From: Chlorokybus atmophyticus
Taxonomy: Eukaryota; Plantae; Mesostigma and Chlorokybus algae
Direction: 5' to 3'
Length of the DNA stretch: 64,000 nt
Assembly (NCBI GenBank): GCA_009103225.1
Contig: RHPI01001311.1
Location: 1 to 64,000 of the forward strand
The position numbers and the translations under genes were made by a program. Below the pieces are notes generated by a model. The model made no database searches. It was not told the origin of the DNA and saw only the letters and a list, made by a program, of their open reading frames with translations. Positions 21,362-35,282 of the stretch are shown piece by piece; position 1 is the first letter of the stretch, and each line of letters begins with the position of its first letter.

Positions 21362-22330
21362 AGAGTCACCTTGCTGGAGCTGTTCGGCGGGATTGGCAGC
21401 GGCTTGACAGCTCATCTCAACACCAGTGTAAAGGTAACACAGTAATATTACTGCTACCCTGGTCCGCATGCCCTGACTGCTGTTCGCCATCATCTGCGCC
21501 AGTTGCACTTGCGCTATCCACACCTCCTGCCATTGTCTGCATTGCTTGAAAGTCTTAAGTCTCTGCCTAAAGACATCCGCCTCATTTTAGCTGATCGTCT
21601 CATTGCCTTGGGCAATGTGGATTTGTTCATTGCTGGATGGGAGTTCCAGGGCCGGCACAGGACAGAGGCTACAGGATCCACGCTCCACACTCTTTTTGGA
21701 GCTGATGCGAGTCATCCACCTGCTGCAGCACCACCAGATTCAACACCCTCTAGCGTATGTCATCGAGAATGTCCAATCCGAGGATGATTGCCGCCATCAG
21801 GTGCAACACAGCTATCGTTTCGTGTGCTCTATTCTTAGCCACCCGACCAAAATGAACGCCGCACGCCATGGGTCACGTGCACACCGCGTCCGCGCCCAGT
21901 GGACAAACCTCGCCACTGTGGAAGAGCTGACCGCCGCTGTGCACCCCCTCAGCTCGTGTCCCTGGAACATGTTTGTGGATGATACTCTCGACTCTAGCGG
22001 AACGTCGCAGCCAGTCTCGCCACGCTGGACCACAAGCCCTTTCATCAGTGCAATCAACTAGGAGAACCACGTCGAGCTCTCCCCGTACTGGACTCATATC
22101 CGAGCTCGCATGCCTTGCGAGATGGCGGGGACGGGCTGATCTTCGATAGTAACACGGGCCGATTGCACGAATCCGACGCACGCGAGCGCAAACGCGCCAT
22201 GGGGTTTTGCCCAGGCAGTATCACAGGCTGCTCATTGACAGACGATCAGCAGAGGCAACTCCTGAGTCGCGCCATGGACCAGAAACAATATAGTCTGGTT
22301 ACTGGGGATGTGCTTCGCTATTTAAGACCG
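21362..22330 (+). pseudogene. C5 cytosine DNA methyltransferase domain (DNMT3-like) inside the Gypsy polyprotein
   Basis: Motif I LELFGGIG (21374-21397), III P.DIR, IV DLFIAGWEFQG (Cys position reads TTC), V DPRSTLFLE, VI YVIENV (21765), VIII HGSRAHRVRAQWTNL, IX RERKRAMGF, X QRQLLSRAMD, all in canonical order. Confidence 0.9.
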
Positions 22331-22394
22331 ATAGGCGTTTCTTACAGATCTTAAACACCTGTCTGGGGAGTGGGTCAATCGCTCCGATACTGTC

Positions 22395-25300
22395 GTGGCC
22401 CACACCGCCCTGCAGATCGCTCACATAAAAGAGCAGGCAAAAGTCGCAATGGAGGATATCCCTGTGAAGGCGACAGCTATGTCATGGGATCATGCCATCG
22501 GACCCTTGACACACACATGGCCTGTGAAGGAGCAGTTGGAGGCTCTCCTCAACAGGTGGAGAGCCCAGTTCAGCTTCAACGTCAAGGAGTTGGGCAAATG
22601 CTCAGAGTACCAGATGGAAATCGACCTCGTCGACGAAAAAACGGTGTTCAGAAAACAGTACAAACTCTCCAAGTTGGAGGAAGACTTGGTGAAGCAGCGA
22701 TGCCAGGCATTGCTGGAGGCGAAACTCATCGAGGAGTCCATGTCAGACTTCGCCGCCGCCACAGTCATGCCCCTCAACAAGGAGGGCAACTGGACATAAC
22801 GGCATATGTGTGGGGACTATCGCCCACTCAATAACAAAACCAAGCAGGTCCGGTACCCAATGCCAACCGGGGAGGGCATCTTCAACGACATCGGCTCGTG
22901 CACTGTGTTTAGCATTCTGGACATGCGGCAGGGGTACAACCACATCGAAATCAAGCCCGAAGATAAGCACAAGACGGCATTCTCGGGCAACCGGCAACTC
23001 TACCACTGGAAGGTCATGCCTTTCTGACTGAAGAACGCGCCAGCAAAGTTTCAGTGCGTGATGGACAAGGCGTTTTAAGGGATGCTCCTTCGCGCGGTGC
23101 TACATCGACGACATCCCAATCTTTAGCCACACACCAGAAGAGCATCTTCTCCATAACGAGGAGGTGCTGAGGAGAGTTCAGGCAGTAGGGATGACTGTGC
23201 ACCCCGACAAGTGCACTTTCTTTACCCACAAGGTCCCCTATCTCGGCCACATAATCGTGCCCAACGGCGTGTACGTTTAGCAAGCCAAGGTGGAGGCTTT
23301 GGCATCTATCCCTGCCCCAACTAACCCGACTCGACTGCGTGCCTTCCTTGGCCTCGCCAACTACTACAGGAGGTTCGTCAAAGACTTTGCCAAGGTAGCG
23401 CGCCCCCTTAACGAACTTCTCAAGAAGGAGACAGAGTGGAGCCGGAAGGAGGTCCAGCAACAGGCTTTTGAAGAGCTGAAGCAGAGGCTCACATCAGCCC
23501 CCATTTTTCAGCGACCAGGCTACACCAAGCCCTTTGTTCTTCACACTGAATGGAGCAAGCTCGGCATGGGTGCTGTAGTGGTTCAGCTCGACGATAACAA
23601 GAGGGAACAGGTGGTGTCCTACGCCAGCCGCAGCAACAACAACGCTGCGGCCAACTACAGCAGTTACAAAGGTGAATGCCTTGCTGCAGTATGGGCCATC
23701 TCCGTCTTCAGACCTGTTCGGAAGACAGTTCTCACTGATCACCGACCTTCAACCACTGCGCTGGCTCATGACCAATCAGCACCTTATGGGCAAGTTGGCC
23801 AGGTGGGCCCTGATGCTAACAGGATACAACTTTGAGATTACACACCGAGCGGGCCTGGTCAACCAGGAAGCGGACGGCCTCAGTCGCAACCCCCACCTTT
23901 CTACCAGCGATGCCACCGGTGCGCGACATGAGGTGGGTCCAGTGGCACCACCACCGCAGGTGGCCACCATGTTTGCCGTGATTGCATTACGCTCGGGATG
24001 GGACACCATCACAGGAGCGGCTCCGACCATGACCACCGTGTGCTACAACATGGACAACATGTGGCAGGACTGCGCGCGCGAGCGTGACCGCGTCAGGCAG
24101 CTGCCAGAACTACCGATGGGAGGATGGACTCGTCTTCAAGCGTGTCCAAATCCATGACAAGGAGGTCTGGCTGCCCCGGCGCGAGGGCATCATCTCTGCA
24201 CTCCATACAGAGTTGGGACATTTCGGTATCAAGCGCACCGTCAGCTTGGTGAGTGCCCAGTACTGGTGGCATGGCATGCACACCCAGGTTCGCACTTTTG
24301 TTGCAAATTGCACACATTGCGACCTTGAGCGTGCCAGCCTCAATACCCGCACCAGCACGCTGCATCAACTGCCTATCGCCGGCATGTTCTACCGGTGGGG
24401 ACTGGAGATCCTTGGAGATCTAGCACCCTCAGCTCGTGACAACAAGCACGTCCTCATTATGATCGAGCACTTTTTCAAGTGGGTTAAGCTGGTCCCCCTT
24501 CCCGACAAAAGCAGCAGAGGAACCGCTCAAGCTTTCCTCGACCATGTGCTTTAGTTGCTTCGGCTCATGCGCTGAAGTCATCACCGACCAGGGAGGCGGA
24601 GTTTCGCGGCGAGTTCGACATCTTATTGAATCGCTCCTACATTAACCACCGGCGCACCTTACGTGACCATCCGCAGGCGGATGGGCTGGCGAAACGTACT
24701 GTCCATCCACCATCACAAAGGCCTTGTGCAAGTACATCATCGAGCACGAGAAGCGCACCTGGGATGACTACCTCACCTGGATAGCCTTGGGCTATCGGCT
24801 TTCAAGCATGCTTCCTTGCGCATGTACAGCCCGTAGCAGCTATTGTTTGGCAGGGAACCCTTACTCCCCTTCCGCGCAAAAAAAGAAGTGGAACGCGTGC
24901 TAGACAACCTCGACAGCCCTGTGGCTATGCTGCACAACATGCAACAGCGCGCCTACGTAGGTATACCTGGTCGCACACGTTATTCCCATGGCCATGGGCA
25001 ATCTCCGCATCGCTCAGCACCGTGACACACTGCGCTATGAACGCGTTCGCAGTGGGTTCTACAAACAGCGCAGTCGCCGCTTCGAAGCGGGCGACCATGT
25101 ATACCGCATGACCCAAATCAAGGACACCCTTGACATCAGTGTCAAACATGTCATCTACAAGGTTTTTAAGGTACTCCCTTCTGGAGTGCTGGATTCATTC
25201 GGCAACCACGGCGAGCGCCTCAAGATAGCATGGAAAAACTGTGCCCCATGTCACCTGCCACACGTTGCAGGCTTCGACGTTATTCAGCACCCTCGACCCA

Positions 25301-25479
25301 GTCGCAGCAAGCGTTGCGAGAAGTGCAACAGTGCCGACGACGACGCACTCATGATGTTGTGCGACGGCTGCAACAACGGTATGCACTGCTACTGCCTCGA
25401 CCCGCCAAACGACACTGTTCCTCTGGAGGCATATTGGTGTGAGGACTGCCGCGTCCGTGGTCCTCCTCATTCTCGGTGA
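22395..25479 (+). pseudogene. RT - RNase H - integrase - PHD of copy 2, fragmented
   Basis: CGDYRPLN, ILDMRQGYNHI, YIDD near 23100, FLGLANYYRRF, LGHFG..C..C, HPQADGLA, and PHD CEKC..CDGC..HCYC..WCEDC. Confidence 0.92.
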
Positions 25480-25528
25480 AAACTGCTCACTGGAGCAGAG
25501 ACTTCCCCTGTTCACAGGGGGCGTGGCT

Positions 25529-26338
25529 TGTTGACTTGCTCTTGATAGCATTATCAGCAACGCATTGTCATCATTCGGAGCGCACAGCACCATCGTAACA
25601 CATGGTGTCAGCCTCACATGTGTTTCCCCCACAAGTAGGTACGGGCAGGGGGTATTCTTTGCCTTCCGCTATGCAGCTACACAACCAACAGCCATCGAGG
25701 CTGGCCTCATTCCCCATCATGGCAATACGGTTGGGAGCGACATGGAAGGGCACACGACCCTGCCAGGCCCGACAGCTGTCATGCTAGCGGTCCAGGAGGG
25801 GCTAATTTCCTCGTTGATGCCTACAGCTGGGCATTGTTCCTGTGCTACCAGCATCGACAACCCTTTTGATCAGACATACCTACAGCTAGACATCGACCCC
25901 GGCTACCGCATGAGTCCGACGCGACACGAAGCGGTTATTAATCAGTCTTCGTAGGTACCTAGTATAAGCCGTACTAGCTGATACGTTGCGAGTTGTGACT
26001 TAGGCTTGAACTAGGTCATTTCGTAAACTAGCCGTTATCTTACAACTGAAAATGTGTCACTTGACTATAAGGGCTAAAGACTTAATCTCTATACATTGAC
26101 GACACAGTAGGTGAGAACTGAAAGACTTGGAATTAAGATGTACGGATGTTGATCTTATGCTCGAGACTTGCTCTTCAAAGGTTGTGGCTTGATGTGACAA
26201 CATCACGTCACCGCCCCGGCCAACACACATCTACACGTGAGAGAATGCAGTGTATGCACACGTGCATTGCTTGTCACTTAATGTGATTGTGGTTGCGTGG
26301 GTGCATGTTGTGTAGTCCGCATCAGAGTGTGGTATCCA
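25529..26338 (+). repeat. 3' terminal repeat of copy 2 (module A 25529-25774 + module B 25777-26338)
   Basis: Starts TGTTGAC after the PPT, has the internal junction CGACA-GC-TGTCA, ends GTATCCA(CG). Same landmarks as 3724-4521. Confidence 0.75.
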
Positions 26339-27842
26339 CGAGTTGCCGCATGCGTACACCTCACTCAATAGTGGAATCATCTTGACCTCATTCAAGGAAT
26401 TGTATAAGCAGCACTACCTCTAGTACCCGACAAGGAATTTTACCAACTGCCAAGAGAATCTTCAAGCGTGCTGGAGTGATGTGACCGCACGCGGACGGTA
26501 AAAGGATGCTGGCAGACATCTTTACCGCTTCGGCCCTGGTTCTCCTTCTACTCAGGTTTTCGGTGCTCACGGTGGGGCCTTGCTAGCCCTTCAATGAGGA
26601 CATTGAAACCTAAGTGGGGGGAATGCAACGGGGTGCTACCGCTATGCGGTTTCCGCCCTTATCTAGTTGGAATTAAGGGTCCCAACGGGTAATAAACAGC
26701 CAATTGAGCCGTATTAGGGCCTTTATGGCCTGAATGTAATGTTAGCTTATTGCTAACTTTGAGATCGATGTGAGACTCATGTGTCACATGGATATCAGCT
26801 TAATGGCGGCGCTGCTCATGCAGCGGCCGCCATAGTCAGAGCATCTTTTGCTCTGGCAGCTGCCCCGGCAGCGGCGGCGGCGGTGTGGGGGCCGCAACGT
26901 GGCTGGTGGTAGGGTTGGGGTAGGGATTTAAGGGGGCGGTAGCACCCCCCTTTCTACAGGTGCTGCTAGCAAAGAATTTAAAGTTAAATCTAAATCAAAT
27001 AAAGCAACAAAAAGTGTGCAGTGGCATTATATTCGTCATAACTGTGTGTAACTTCTTTGCGGTTGTTATCAACCATATCATTACTGATTATCGTTAGTCA
27101 ACAGCATCCCCACTACCATCATCAACCATGCAGTATCAGCGATGATAGCAATACGCTGCGCGCGTGGGCTAGGGTTGGGGAGCCTCGCCATCCTTCTTTA
27201 CTTGGCAGCCCACATGGCCACGTCTAGAGGCGCAGCACAAAACACAACAATCACCACTGCGCACGTGACTTACGCCATGTTGTTACGCCGATACAGTAGG
27301 CTACACTGTTTATACTTATTGTAAAGCAAGGTATCGTGCAAGTTTTAGGTCTATATTGTTATGCAGATGCAATCTGCAACCGACCGCGTGCACGCAACCT
27401 CACTGGTGAACCCGTCAAACTGCCCGCGCCATTTGGGCTCGGACGGCGCCGTGCATAGGCCTGCAGTACCAGCTGTTCCAGCCTTCGTACCAATCACCGT
27501 GGCTCGCAGGGGTTGGGCACGCGTCGGTTCAATCACCAACAGCGCTGCAGCCTCTAGAAGGCCAAAACGAAAGCAGGGGCACGACGACTAGCAGCCCGAC
27601 GCGTGGCAAGACGACCGCACCGCTGCTTCGCGGAGGTGGGTGGGCGAGGGGTTGGCGAAGGGGTGCCGGGGTTGTCGTCAAGCAAGGCTGAGGGCGCCCG
27701 CTTGGGCCAGAGGTAGGGTGTGTACAAGCGTGCTTCCCATTGACGAGAGCGCGCATGCGTGCAGCACGCAGCAGATGCTTTGCTGTTGCTTCTCCAACAA
27801 GCCGTCGATGCTCAATGGGTGCGCCTGTGCATGTGTGTGGTC

Positions 27843-28031
27843 CTGCAGAGCGGCGGCTGCGCCGCCGTGGTCATGGCACACACCGAGGGCGTTGTCGACG
27901 CCCTCTGCAGCCCGCTGAATGACGCCAGGGAGGAGGTCAAGAACGTCATGCGGGAGAACGTCAGGGAGCTGGAAAACGACCAGGACCAGGCCACACTAGA
28001 GAGGGTGCGAGCGAACATACAAGAGACCGGG
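27843..28031 (+). CDS. Probable coiled-coil coding exon, unknown gene
   Basis: MAHTEGVVDALCSPLNDAREEVKNVMRENVRELENDQDQATLERVRANIQETG followed by a GTGAGT donor; GC-rich codon pattern. Confidence 0.4.
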
Positions 28032-28259
28032 GTGAGTGAAGTGCACGCGAGCACATGCATTTGCAAGGCAGCTGCAGCTGCAGCTGCAGCAAGGCAGGTG
28101 GCACATTGCAACAGCTATAGGCCATCACTGCACCATGTAGACGCTGTGTTTATGCACGGTTAGCATGCTGCGGCACTAACATGAGACACAGTTGACAGAC
28201 ATTGACTGACGCTATCTCACAGTACTTGCGAGCCCTTCAGCCTTTCAAGCCCATGCGTT

Positions 28260-28432
<173 letters not shown>

Positions 28433-29126
28433 NATTGTCCATCTTAAAGCACAACATTGCTGTTTGATGTTAACGCATCACACGACAAAGGAGGTACGCG
28501 CTGGAGCAGCTGAAACTCAGCTCCATATGGCTTGAGATAAGTTGTAAGCGGCTGCAAGTAGCTACTTATAATGAGCTATGCTTGCTTGGTTGTAAGATGT
28601 AAAAGACTGACTTGGCAATCGCATTTCCAAATACATGTGTATGTGTTTACGCCAGCATGCAGCTTGAACACACGCGATGCATGCTGATTGTGAGACTGCA
28701 TCGTGTGAGTCCAAGTCGTTCCAGTTTGATACGTGCTGCCAGCATGCTGATTTGAGACAACAATGCGTGAACGTAGGTCATAGGCTTGTCGCATGCACTA
28801 TAGCATGGCACTGAATGTGAGACGCGTACATTTGCAGTCATGCATGGGGAGCTGCTATGCACACCACAACCCATGACAACCACGTTACATGTCAGCGAAT
28901 CAATGCTGACTTCTACTACAATGTCTCTCGAGCTGCTGTCTGCTATTCTAAGCCAGCAATGCGCTGCAAGTAGAACTAGTGCTGCATGCTACCCTCCAGA
29001 GCTGTGCACCTACCTACGAGAGCGGCCCCGCGCACTGCCAGGGCCTCGCTGGACGCTTTTGCTTTTCTCCTTAAACCCTTGCTCGCAAGCCGAGCAGCCC
29101 GCACCGTCACATGCCGCATGACGCAC

Positions 29127-29454
29127 CATGTTCAACGGCGCTGCAATGTGCAAGCATGTTAGACACACATATCCATCAGAGCATGACTTGCAAGTAGTGC
29201 TTGGTTGCATGTTCAACGGCGCTGCAATGTGCAAGCATGTTAGACGCACATATCCATCAGAGCATGACTTGCAAGTAGTGCTTGGTTGCATGTACAACGG
29301 CGCTGCAATGTGCAAGCATGTTAGACACACATATCCATCAGAGCATGACTTGCAAGTAGTGCTTGGTTGCATGTTCAACGGCGCTGCAATGTGCAAGCAT
29401 GTTAGACACACATATCCATCAGAGCATGACTTGCAAGTAGTGCTTGGTTGCATG
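29127..29454. repeat. 81-bp minisatellite, four near-identical copies
   Basis: CATGTTCAACGGCGCTGCAATGTGCAAGCATGTTAGACACACATATCCATCAGAGCATGACTTGCAAGTAGTGCTTGGTTG x4. Confidence 0.95.
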
Positions 29455-29459
29455 CAACC

Positions 29460-31690
29460 ACTTACCAATGCAAGGGAGCGGCCATGCGATGCGACTGCCC
29501 AGCTCCACTTCCTTTAACTTCCACCAATCACCAAGCTTGATCGGGAGCTTCGCACTCGCCTGCAACACTTCATCAAGCCATACGGCCACTTCTCCTGCAA
29601 TATGTGCCAACGGTTTCAGCAAACAAGGAACTCGAGTGCTTGAAGCATACAACTCAGCTCAGCTCGCAGATGGAGAAACGAGCAACCTCAAGCAAGCGTA
29701 CCTTTAGCAAGCTTGTGATTGTGAACGCTTGCGCTCAGTGCGTCCGTACAACGGCGTGCGATAGCCACGGGTTTTTGTCCGGTCTTAAGCCACAGATGTA
29801 CTTTCTCAGCATGCTCACGCTGCGCACCGTGAGCTTTTGCCGCCACCTGTAATAAGGAGAGGTATTGCTAACGCCTATTCTCAATACTTGTAGTCACTCA
29901 CAGAGTGAGTACAAGTGACGCAACAGTGATTGCAAGTAGCACAAGCGGTTTGTTACACCTACATCAAGTAGCTCCTCGTCCAAACTGTCGGATGGGCTAT
30001 GTGGCTGATGCATTGCACCATCACATGCTGGCCTCGGTGAGCCGGTGCCAGCAGCTCTCATTGAGTCCTTAGCGACTGCCCGCCTTTTGGATGGGCGCAC
30101 TTTTTCAGCTGCAGGAGGCTCCGGATCCTATATGAGCCACATGTAACCGTCAACCAATCACCTTCAGCGCAAACATTCACTCTGTCACTTAACGTTGCGT
30201 GACCGTTAAGTATTAATGTTGCCCGAGGGGGTTGCAGCCTAATCACAAGCAACGTTGCATGCTAAAGTACCTGAGCTTGACTTGGTGTTTCTTGCTGAGT
30301 TGCATGCTTCTGCTGCTGCCGCTTCGGTCCTGTTGGCTTGGCTGCCGCTGCGTGCTGAGTTGAATGCTCCTCGCGTGTTGGTGGCGTGGTGGCTGTGCTT
30401 GGGGTTGTGTCCTTCTCGCGCTTCTTCACCACATAACCTGGAGACTGCAAGGCACAAGCAATGCATGCTCATGATCAGCACACATGAGGCTCAAAGTAAC
30501 GTTGCAATCAGGCGTTGCTCTGCCGTATGTAAGATCCACAACCTCCATTGCAAGACTGCAAGACTCACCTTGCGCTTTCTGTAATGGTCTCGATTTGTCA
30601 TAGACCCACGAAAGTAGATTTTCAGTTTCTCCTGATCATACTCAGGGAACTCTGCTTCCAAGACCCTGCAAGTTGGAAAGCAAGGACTGACTCAAAAGGA
30701 CTGACTCGGAGCAAGATAAAGCGTTACAGCCTTTGCAGTTGCATATGTCTACCTGAGAATTACTTCCACCAGTCCCCCACTTTGCTGTGACAAACGAGTT
30801 CCTGATTTGAGAAACGCGTCCCGGAACGCTCTGCATCTAGCCTGCACGCAAGCAACAAGTGATAAACATAATAGCAACTGGTGGTTGTACTTTCACGCAC
30901 ACTTGACCAGTGCTCACCCTCATAGCGCTCTCGTACACTTGCTCTCCGCACTCAGCAATCGATGTGTGTGGCTGAGCAGTTGCAAGCATCTGCGCAATGG
31001 CTGTCCGCTTCTGCATGCCATTGACCATAGGAGTTGGTTTGCCAGAACACTGAGCACCAGCCTGCAACAGGTCAGAAGCTTGCCACTTACCTGGTCAAGC
31101 TGGCCCCAAGCATTTGCGTTCACGACGTGGTTGCTTGCAGCTGGCTCATCTGCTTGAGTAATGCGTTCATATTGTCACATGCATGCACGCATCCATGTGA
31201 CAGTAGCAATGAACGCTAAGCAACAAGCATGTGAAAGCACAATGGTAATGCTGTGCACTGCTATAGCTAATGTCACATGGATGCGTGCATGCATGCACTG
31301 CACTCACAATGTGACCATAGCAATGAACGCTAAGCAACAAGCAGCATGTGAAAGCACAATGGTTATGCTGTACATTGCACAACCAGCAAGTTGCGTTTCA
31401 ACCAAGCAACAGTACCAGTACCTGATTGGTGGCTTTTATGCTTGCGTGCAGCTGCAGGCGGCATGGCTGTTGCGCCAGCAGTTACTGGCGGGCGCGCAGG
31501 AGTGTAGCTGGGGCAGCCCTGCCTGAAGTGCATGTCAGTTTGCTGAAAGCGGGCTCTTTCTTGCTTGCTGCGCTCCTCTTCCTCTAGAAGCCGCTTAGCA
31601 CTCTCTAGCTTGCTAGGCGACAAGCTGCTGGACAACTTGCTGACGTTTGCGACAACGAATCTAGCTTCCTCCAGGCTCATGCGCTGAGCC
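29460..31690 (-). CDS. Multi-exon gene of unknown function, head-to-head with transposase 2
   Basis: First exon MAQRMSLEEARFVVANVSKLSSSLSPSKLESAKRLLEEEERSKQERARF.. with donor CAG|GTACTG. Further protein-like segments at 31120-30870, 30100-29900 and 29650-29460. Exons not fully resolved. Confidence 0.35.
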
Positions 31691-32479
31691 ATGCTGCCGG
31701 CTAACACCTCTCACCACCGGCAACACCAACCCCGCGCAAAGCAACTGCAGCTCCTTGCATGGACGGAGACCAGCTGCCTTTATACTTAGCGCTGCAGCTG
31801 AGCCCTCCGTTCTGGGCAGGCTGCCATTAAATTGCAGTGAGCTACAGCTGCCATGAATTGCATTGTTGCTTAACTTAGGGTTTACTCAGCAGGTCGCTAA
31901 CCTAGCAGCGGCGGAGGTCGCGGGCGGCGGCGGGAGCTGGGAGAAGGTCAACGCAGCAAAGTTGCAGCTGGGTTGTTGAGTCTGCTGCTGCCTCAGAAGA
32001 TAAGTGTTTGCTATGCAGCCCAGTCTAACCACTAGATGCTCAGCAGTTTGCAAACTGCTGAGCGCACCTTGCCGTTGGACAGCAAGCAGCGCAGCAATTG
32101 CTCTGTAGTTTGTTGCTATGCAGCCATGTCATCTCAGAATTCCTAGACAGCACATGTGTGTCATAATTTACAGCCCTATGTGCTATTCAAGGCCCACACA
32201 GCCGCAGCGCTCAGTGGTTTGTTGCTGTGCAGGCATGCTATCTCAGTAGTACCTAGACAGCACATGCATGTAATAATGTACAGCCATATGTGCTGTTTCA
32301 AGGCCCACACAGCCGATGCCAGCTGCTTGCAAGGCTCTTAAGAGCTGCGTTGTTGCACTGCTGCTGCGCGCATGTAGCAACCACATAATATACGTCTGAA
32401 TGCATGGCAAGGAGCAAGCGTCTCATCTACTATAACTCACGTGTGCATGCCAGAGCTGTGCGCCAAAGACATTGCAAGC

Positions 32480-35225
32480 ATGCAACCTTTCCGTCGCGAC
32501 TGCAAGCATGATGAAGTGTACTGCGCTTGCAACATTTGTCAAGGGCTTCAGCCGACACCAGTCAACGTGCGCACACAAACTCGACATTTTCAGAAGTATG
32601 GACGCATGGTAAGCGTTGCTGCTGTTGCACTGCAGATTGTGCCAGCATCGTGTATGCAATAGATTATGTCTATTTCATCAGAACACAGCATTGGCACGCA
32701 TTGAACCTCCTTGAGATCCTCCTTAAGATTGTGTACCGCAGTCCAACCATGTCAGTGCTGGCGGGCAACACCAGCAGGTGCATCACCAGGTAAGGCAGCA
32801 CCAATCCATTAAGTTATGACATGTGGCTGGTGCGAGCTAATTGTGCGACACACAATGCCATCGCGAGCGCGCGCGCACAGTGTTTGTTGAAATGACTGCA
32901 TAAGTGTACAAAACACATAGAACCCAGAGGCTTACACGTGCATGGCAGGCAAGCTACAATGTGGAAGTATACAATGCGCCCGCGGCTACTGTCGAGGTGA
33001 ATGTACAAGAGACCGTGCAGCATCACGCAGCGGATGTTTCCAGCAACACATGGGAAGAAGAGCCAGCAGCGCTGCCCACAAGTTCGTGGGTAGACAGGTA
33101 TTGTGCGTGATTGTTGGTGATAAACCGCAGTTTTCCAACCCAGACCCTCCCTCTCTATCTATCAACACATTTTCCCTGTTGCGCAGCATGATTGCTGAAG
33201 CGGTTGAAACGGACGTTGAACATGCAACTTCTGACATTAGTGAAAACAGTGGTGGAGTGGAGGTCAATGAACTTGACTTCCTAGATGAGGTTGAAGCAAG
33301 GGAGGCAGATGTGGACACGTTTTGCGAGGATCTATCGCACATGCAGCAAGAGGCGCTGTTTCCAGGTAGTGACTTGACAGTCGAGATGGCTGCTTTACTG
33401 TTGTTGGACTTCAAAGTGAAGGGCACTTCCAGTGCAGCTGATCTTGATCGCCTATCCGCACTGCTGCATGAGCGCATGCTACCACATGGCAACAAGTTGC
33501 CTCATAATAAGCATCACCTTCTGCGTGTCCTCCGTCATATGGGACTGCCGGCACAACGCATTGATGTATGTGAGAATGACTGCACGCTTTTTTGGGGAGC
33601 GCACGCAGACACACAACACTGCCCCAGCTTCCTTTCATCAAGGCAAGTGCTATATGCCATGGCGGAGAGTGCATGTAGAGCTTGCAAACCAAACTACTGC
33701 GTATGTATCTCACCCTTCTGGCTGGCAAATGCAACCACTTGCTTAACTCCTTAACGCTTGCCAGGTACAAAGCACAATCGTCGCGTTCAAGTGTCCTGAC
33801 GCCCAAGAAAGTGTTCCACTATCTGCCATTAATTCCGTGCATCAAGCGAGCCTTTCGCTTGCAAGACTTTTCCAGCAAGCTGACTGCGCATGCCACAAAC
33901 CGTTCTGCTGATGAGTGGATGCGTAGCATTCATGACTCCCCAACGTGGTTTGAGCTTGAGGCAAGCTATGCTGAGTTTCGTGAGGACCCACGTCATCTGA
34001 GGCTTGGATTCACGACTGATGGGGTTAACCCCTTCAAGCGAGGACCATCAGCGCAGAGCTCGTACACGGTCTGGCCCTTGACAGTTTTCTGCTACAACCT
34101 TCCTCCGTGGCTGACTTTCAAGACAGAGTACATGTGGACCATTGGTGTCATCCCGGGTAAGCACTTCGGCAGCAGTAAAATGGATATGCAAATGTGCTTT
34201 GCTTCATATATGCATTGATACACATGCGTGTGTAGGTCCTGCTGAGCCGCAAGTTCTACAAACGTATTTACTTCCGCTGGTACAAGAGCTGTTGGTGTTA
34301 TGGCATCGCGGTGTTGAAGTTGTGGATGTTAACTCGCCTGCCCATCTACCGTCGCAATTTCGCGTGAAGGCTATGCTTATAGCATGCTTGCATGACTACC
34401 CAGGGTATGGAAAAGTAGCTAATCGGCAAACTGGAAGACAAGTTGCATGTGTCATATGCGGGCCCTACTTCAAGGGGGAGTACATGCCATGGCTAAGGAA
34501 GTGCGTCTTCTGCAAGCACCGTCAGTTGATACCCCTCAACCACCCTTTCCGAACCAGCATGGAGTGGGGCAGTCACGAGCTGCAGCCACCACCAGCGCCG
34601 ATAACGCAAGAGTTTGTTCAACGTGCTGCACGTGAAGCTGCAGCACATGAAGGGCCTGCACATCGGGACCCTGCTCGGGAGACTGGAGTCAAGGGTGTAT
34701 CTCCATTTACTGCGCTGCCATATTGGGCACAAGTCCCTGGACATCTAGTCGATCACATGCATTGTGTGTCAAACGCAATCAAGCGCATTGTCATGTGTCT
34801 TACAGGGAAGAAAGGAGACGACGTTAAAGACAGGCAAGTTGAGGTTATTACATTGATGCAGCTCCCTTACACTCTTTGTGCCGTGTACATGACTATGCAT
34901 GCTCATGTGTGGCTTGCAGGTACGATCTTATGGAGCAAGGAATTCATGAGGAATTGTGGCCGATTATGAAAACCAACAAAAAGGGGAAAGAATATGTCAC
35001 GAAGCCACCTGCGCCATACGTGTTCATGGCGGATGAGATCGATGACATACGCAGGACATGGAGGCCCATGCGCTATCCATCGCACTTTGGTGGTAGCTCC
35101 TTAGCTGGCACACTGACAGGCGGGGGCAGGTACAAAGCCAAGACTCACGACTTGCACAATATAGGTAAGACTTCAGCCATGTTTGTGCATGCTCAGCTGA
35201 CATACTACTCTCTGCACACACACAT

Positions 35226-35282
<57 letters not shown>

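Larger units (their letters stand above)
18641..26340 (+). mobile_element. Ty3/Gypsy LTR retrotransposon copy 2: gag-PR-DNMT-RT-RH-IN-PHD, heavily decayed, 5' LTR absent
   Basis: Collinear with copy 1 from the DNMT tail to the PHD. PPT AGGGGG at 25516, then modules A (25529-25774) and B (25777-26338). Many stops and frameshifts. Confidence 0.92.

Noticed and set aside
26320-26345. TGGTATC near the end of module B as a tRNA-iMet PBS
   Set aside because: It matches only 7 nt of TGGTATCAGAGC, is not adjacent to a CA terminus, and reads TTGTATC in copy 1.
26630-26948. 13-bp inverted repeat GGGGTGCTACCGC / GCGGTAGCACCCC as a MITE
   Set aside because: No target-site duplication visible and no second copy in the window; cannot be supported without a genome search.
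29127-29454. Regular repeat array considered as CRISPR
   Set aside because: Units are contiguous 81-bp copies with no unique spacers, the context is eukaryotic, and no cas genes are present.
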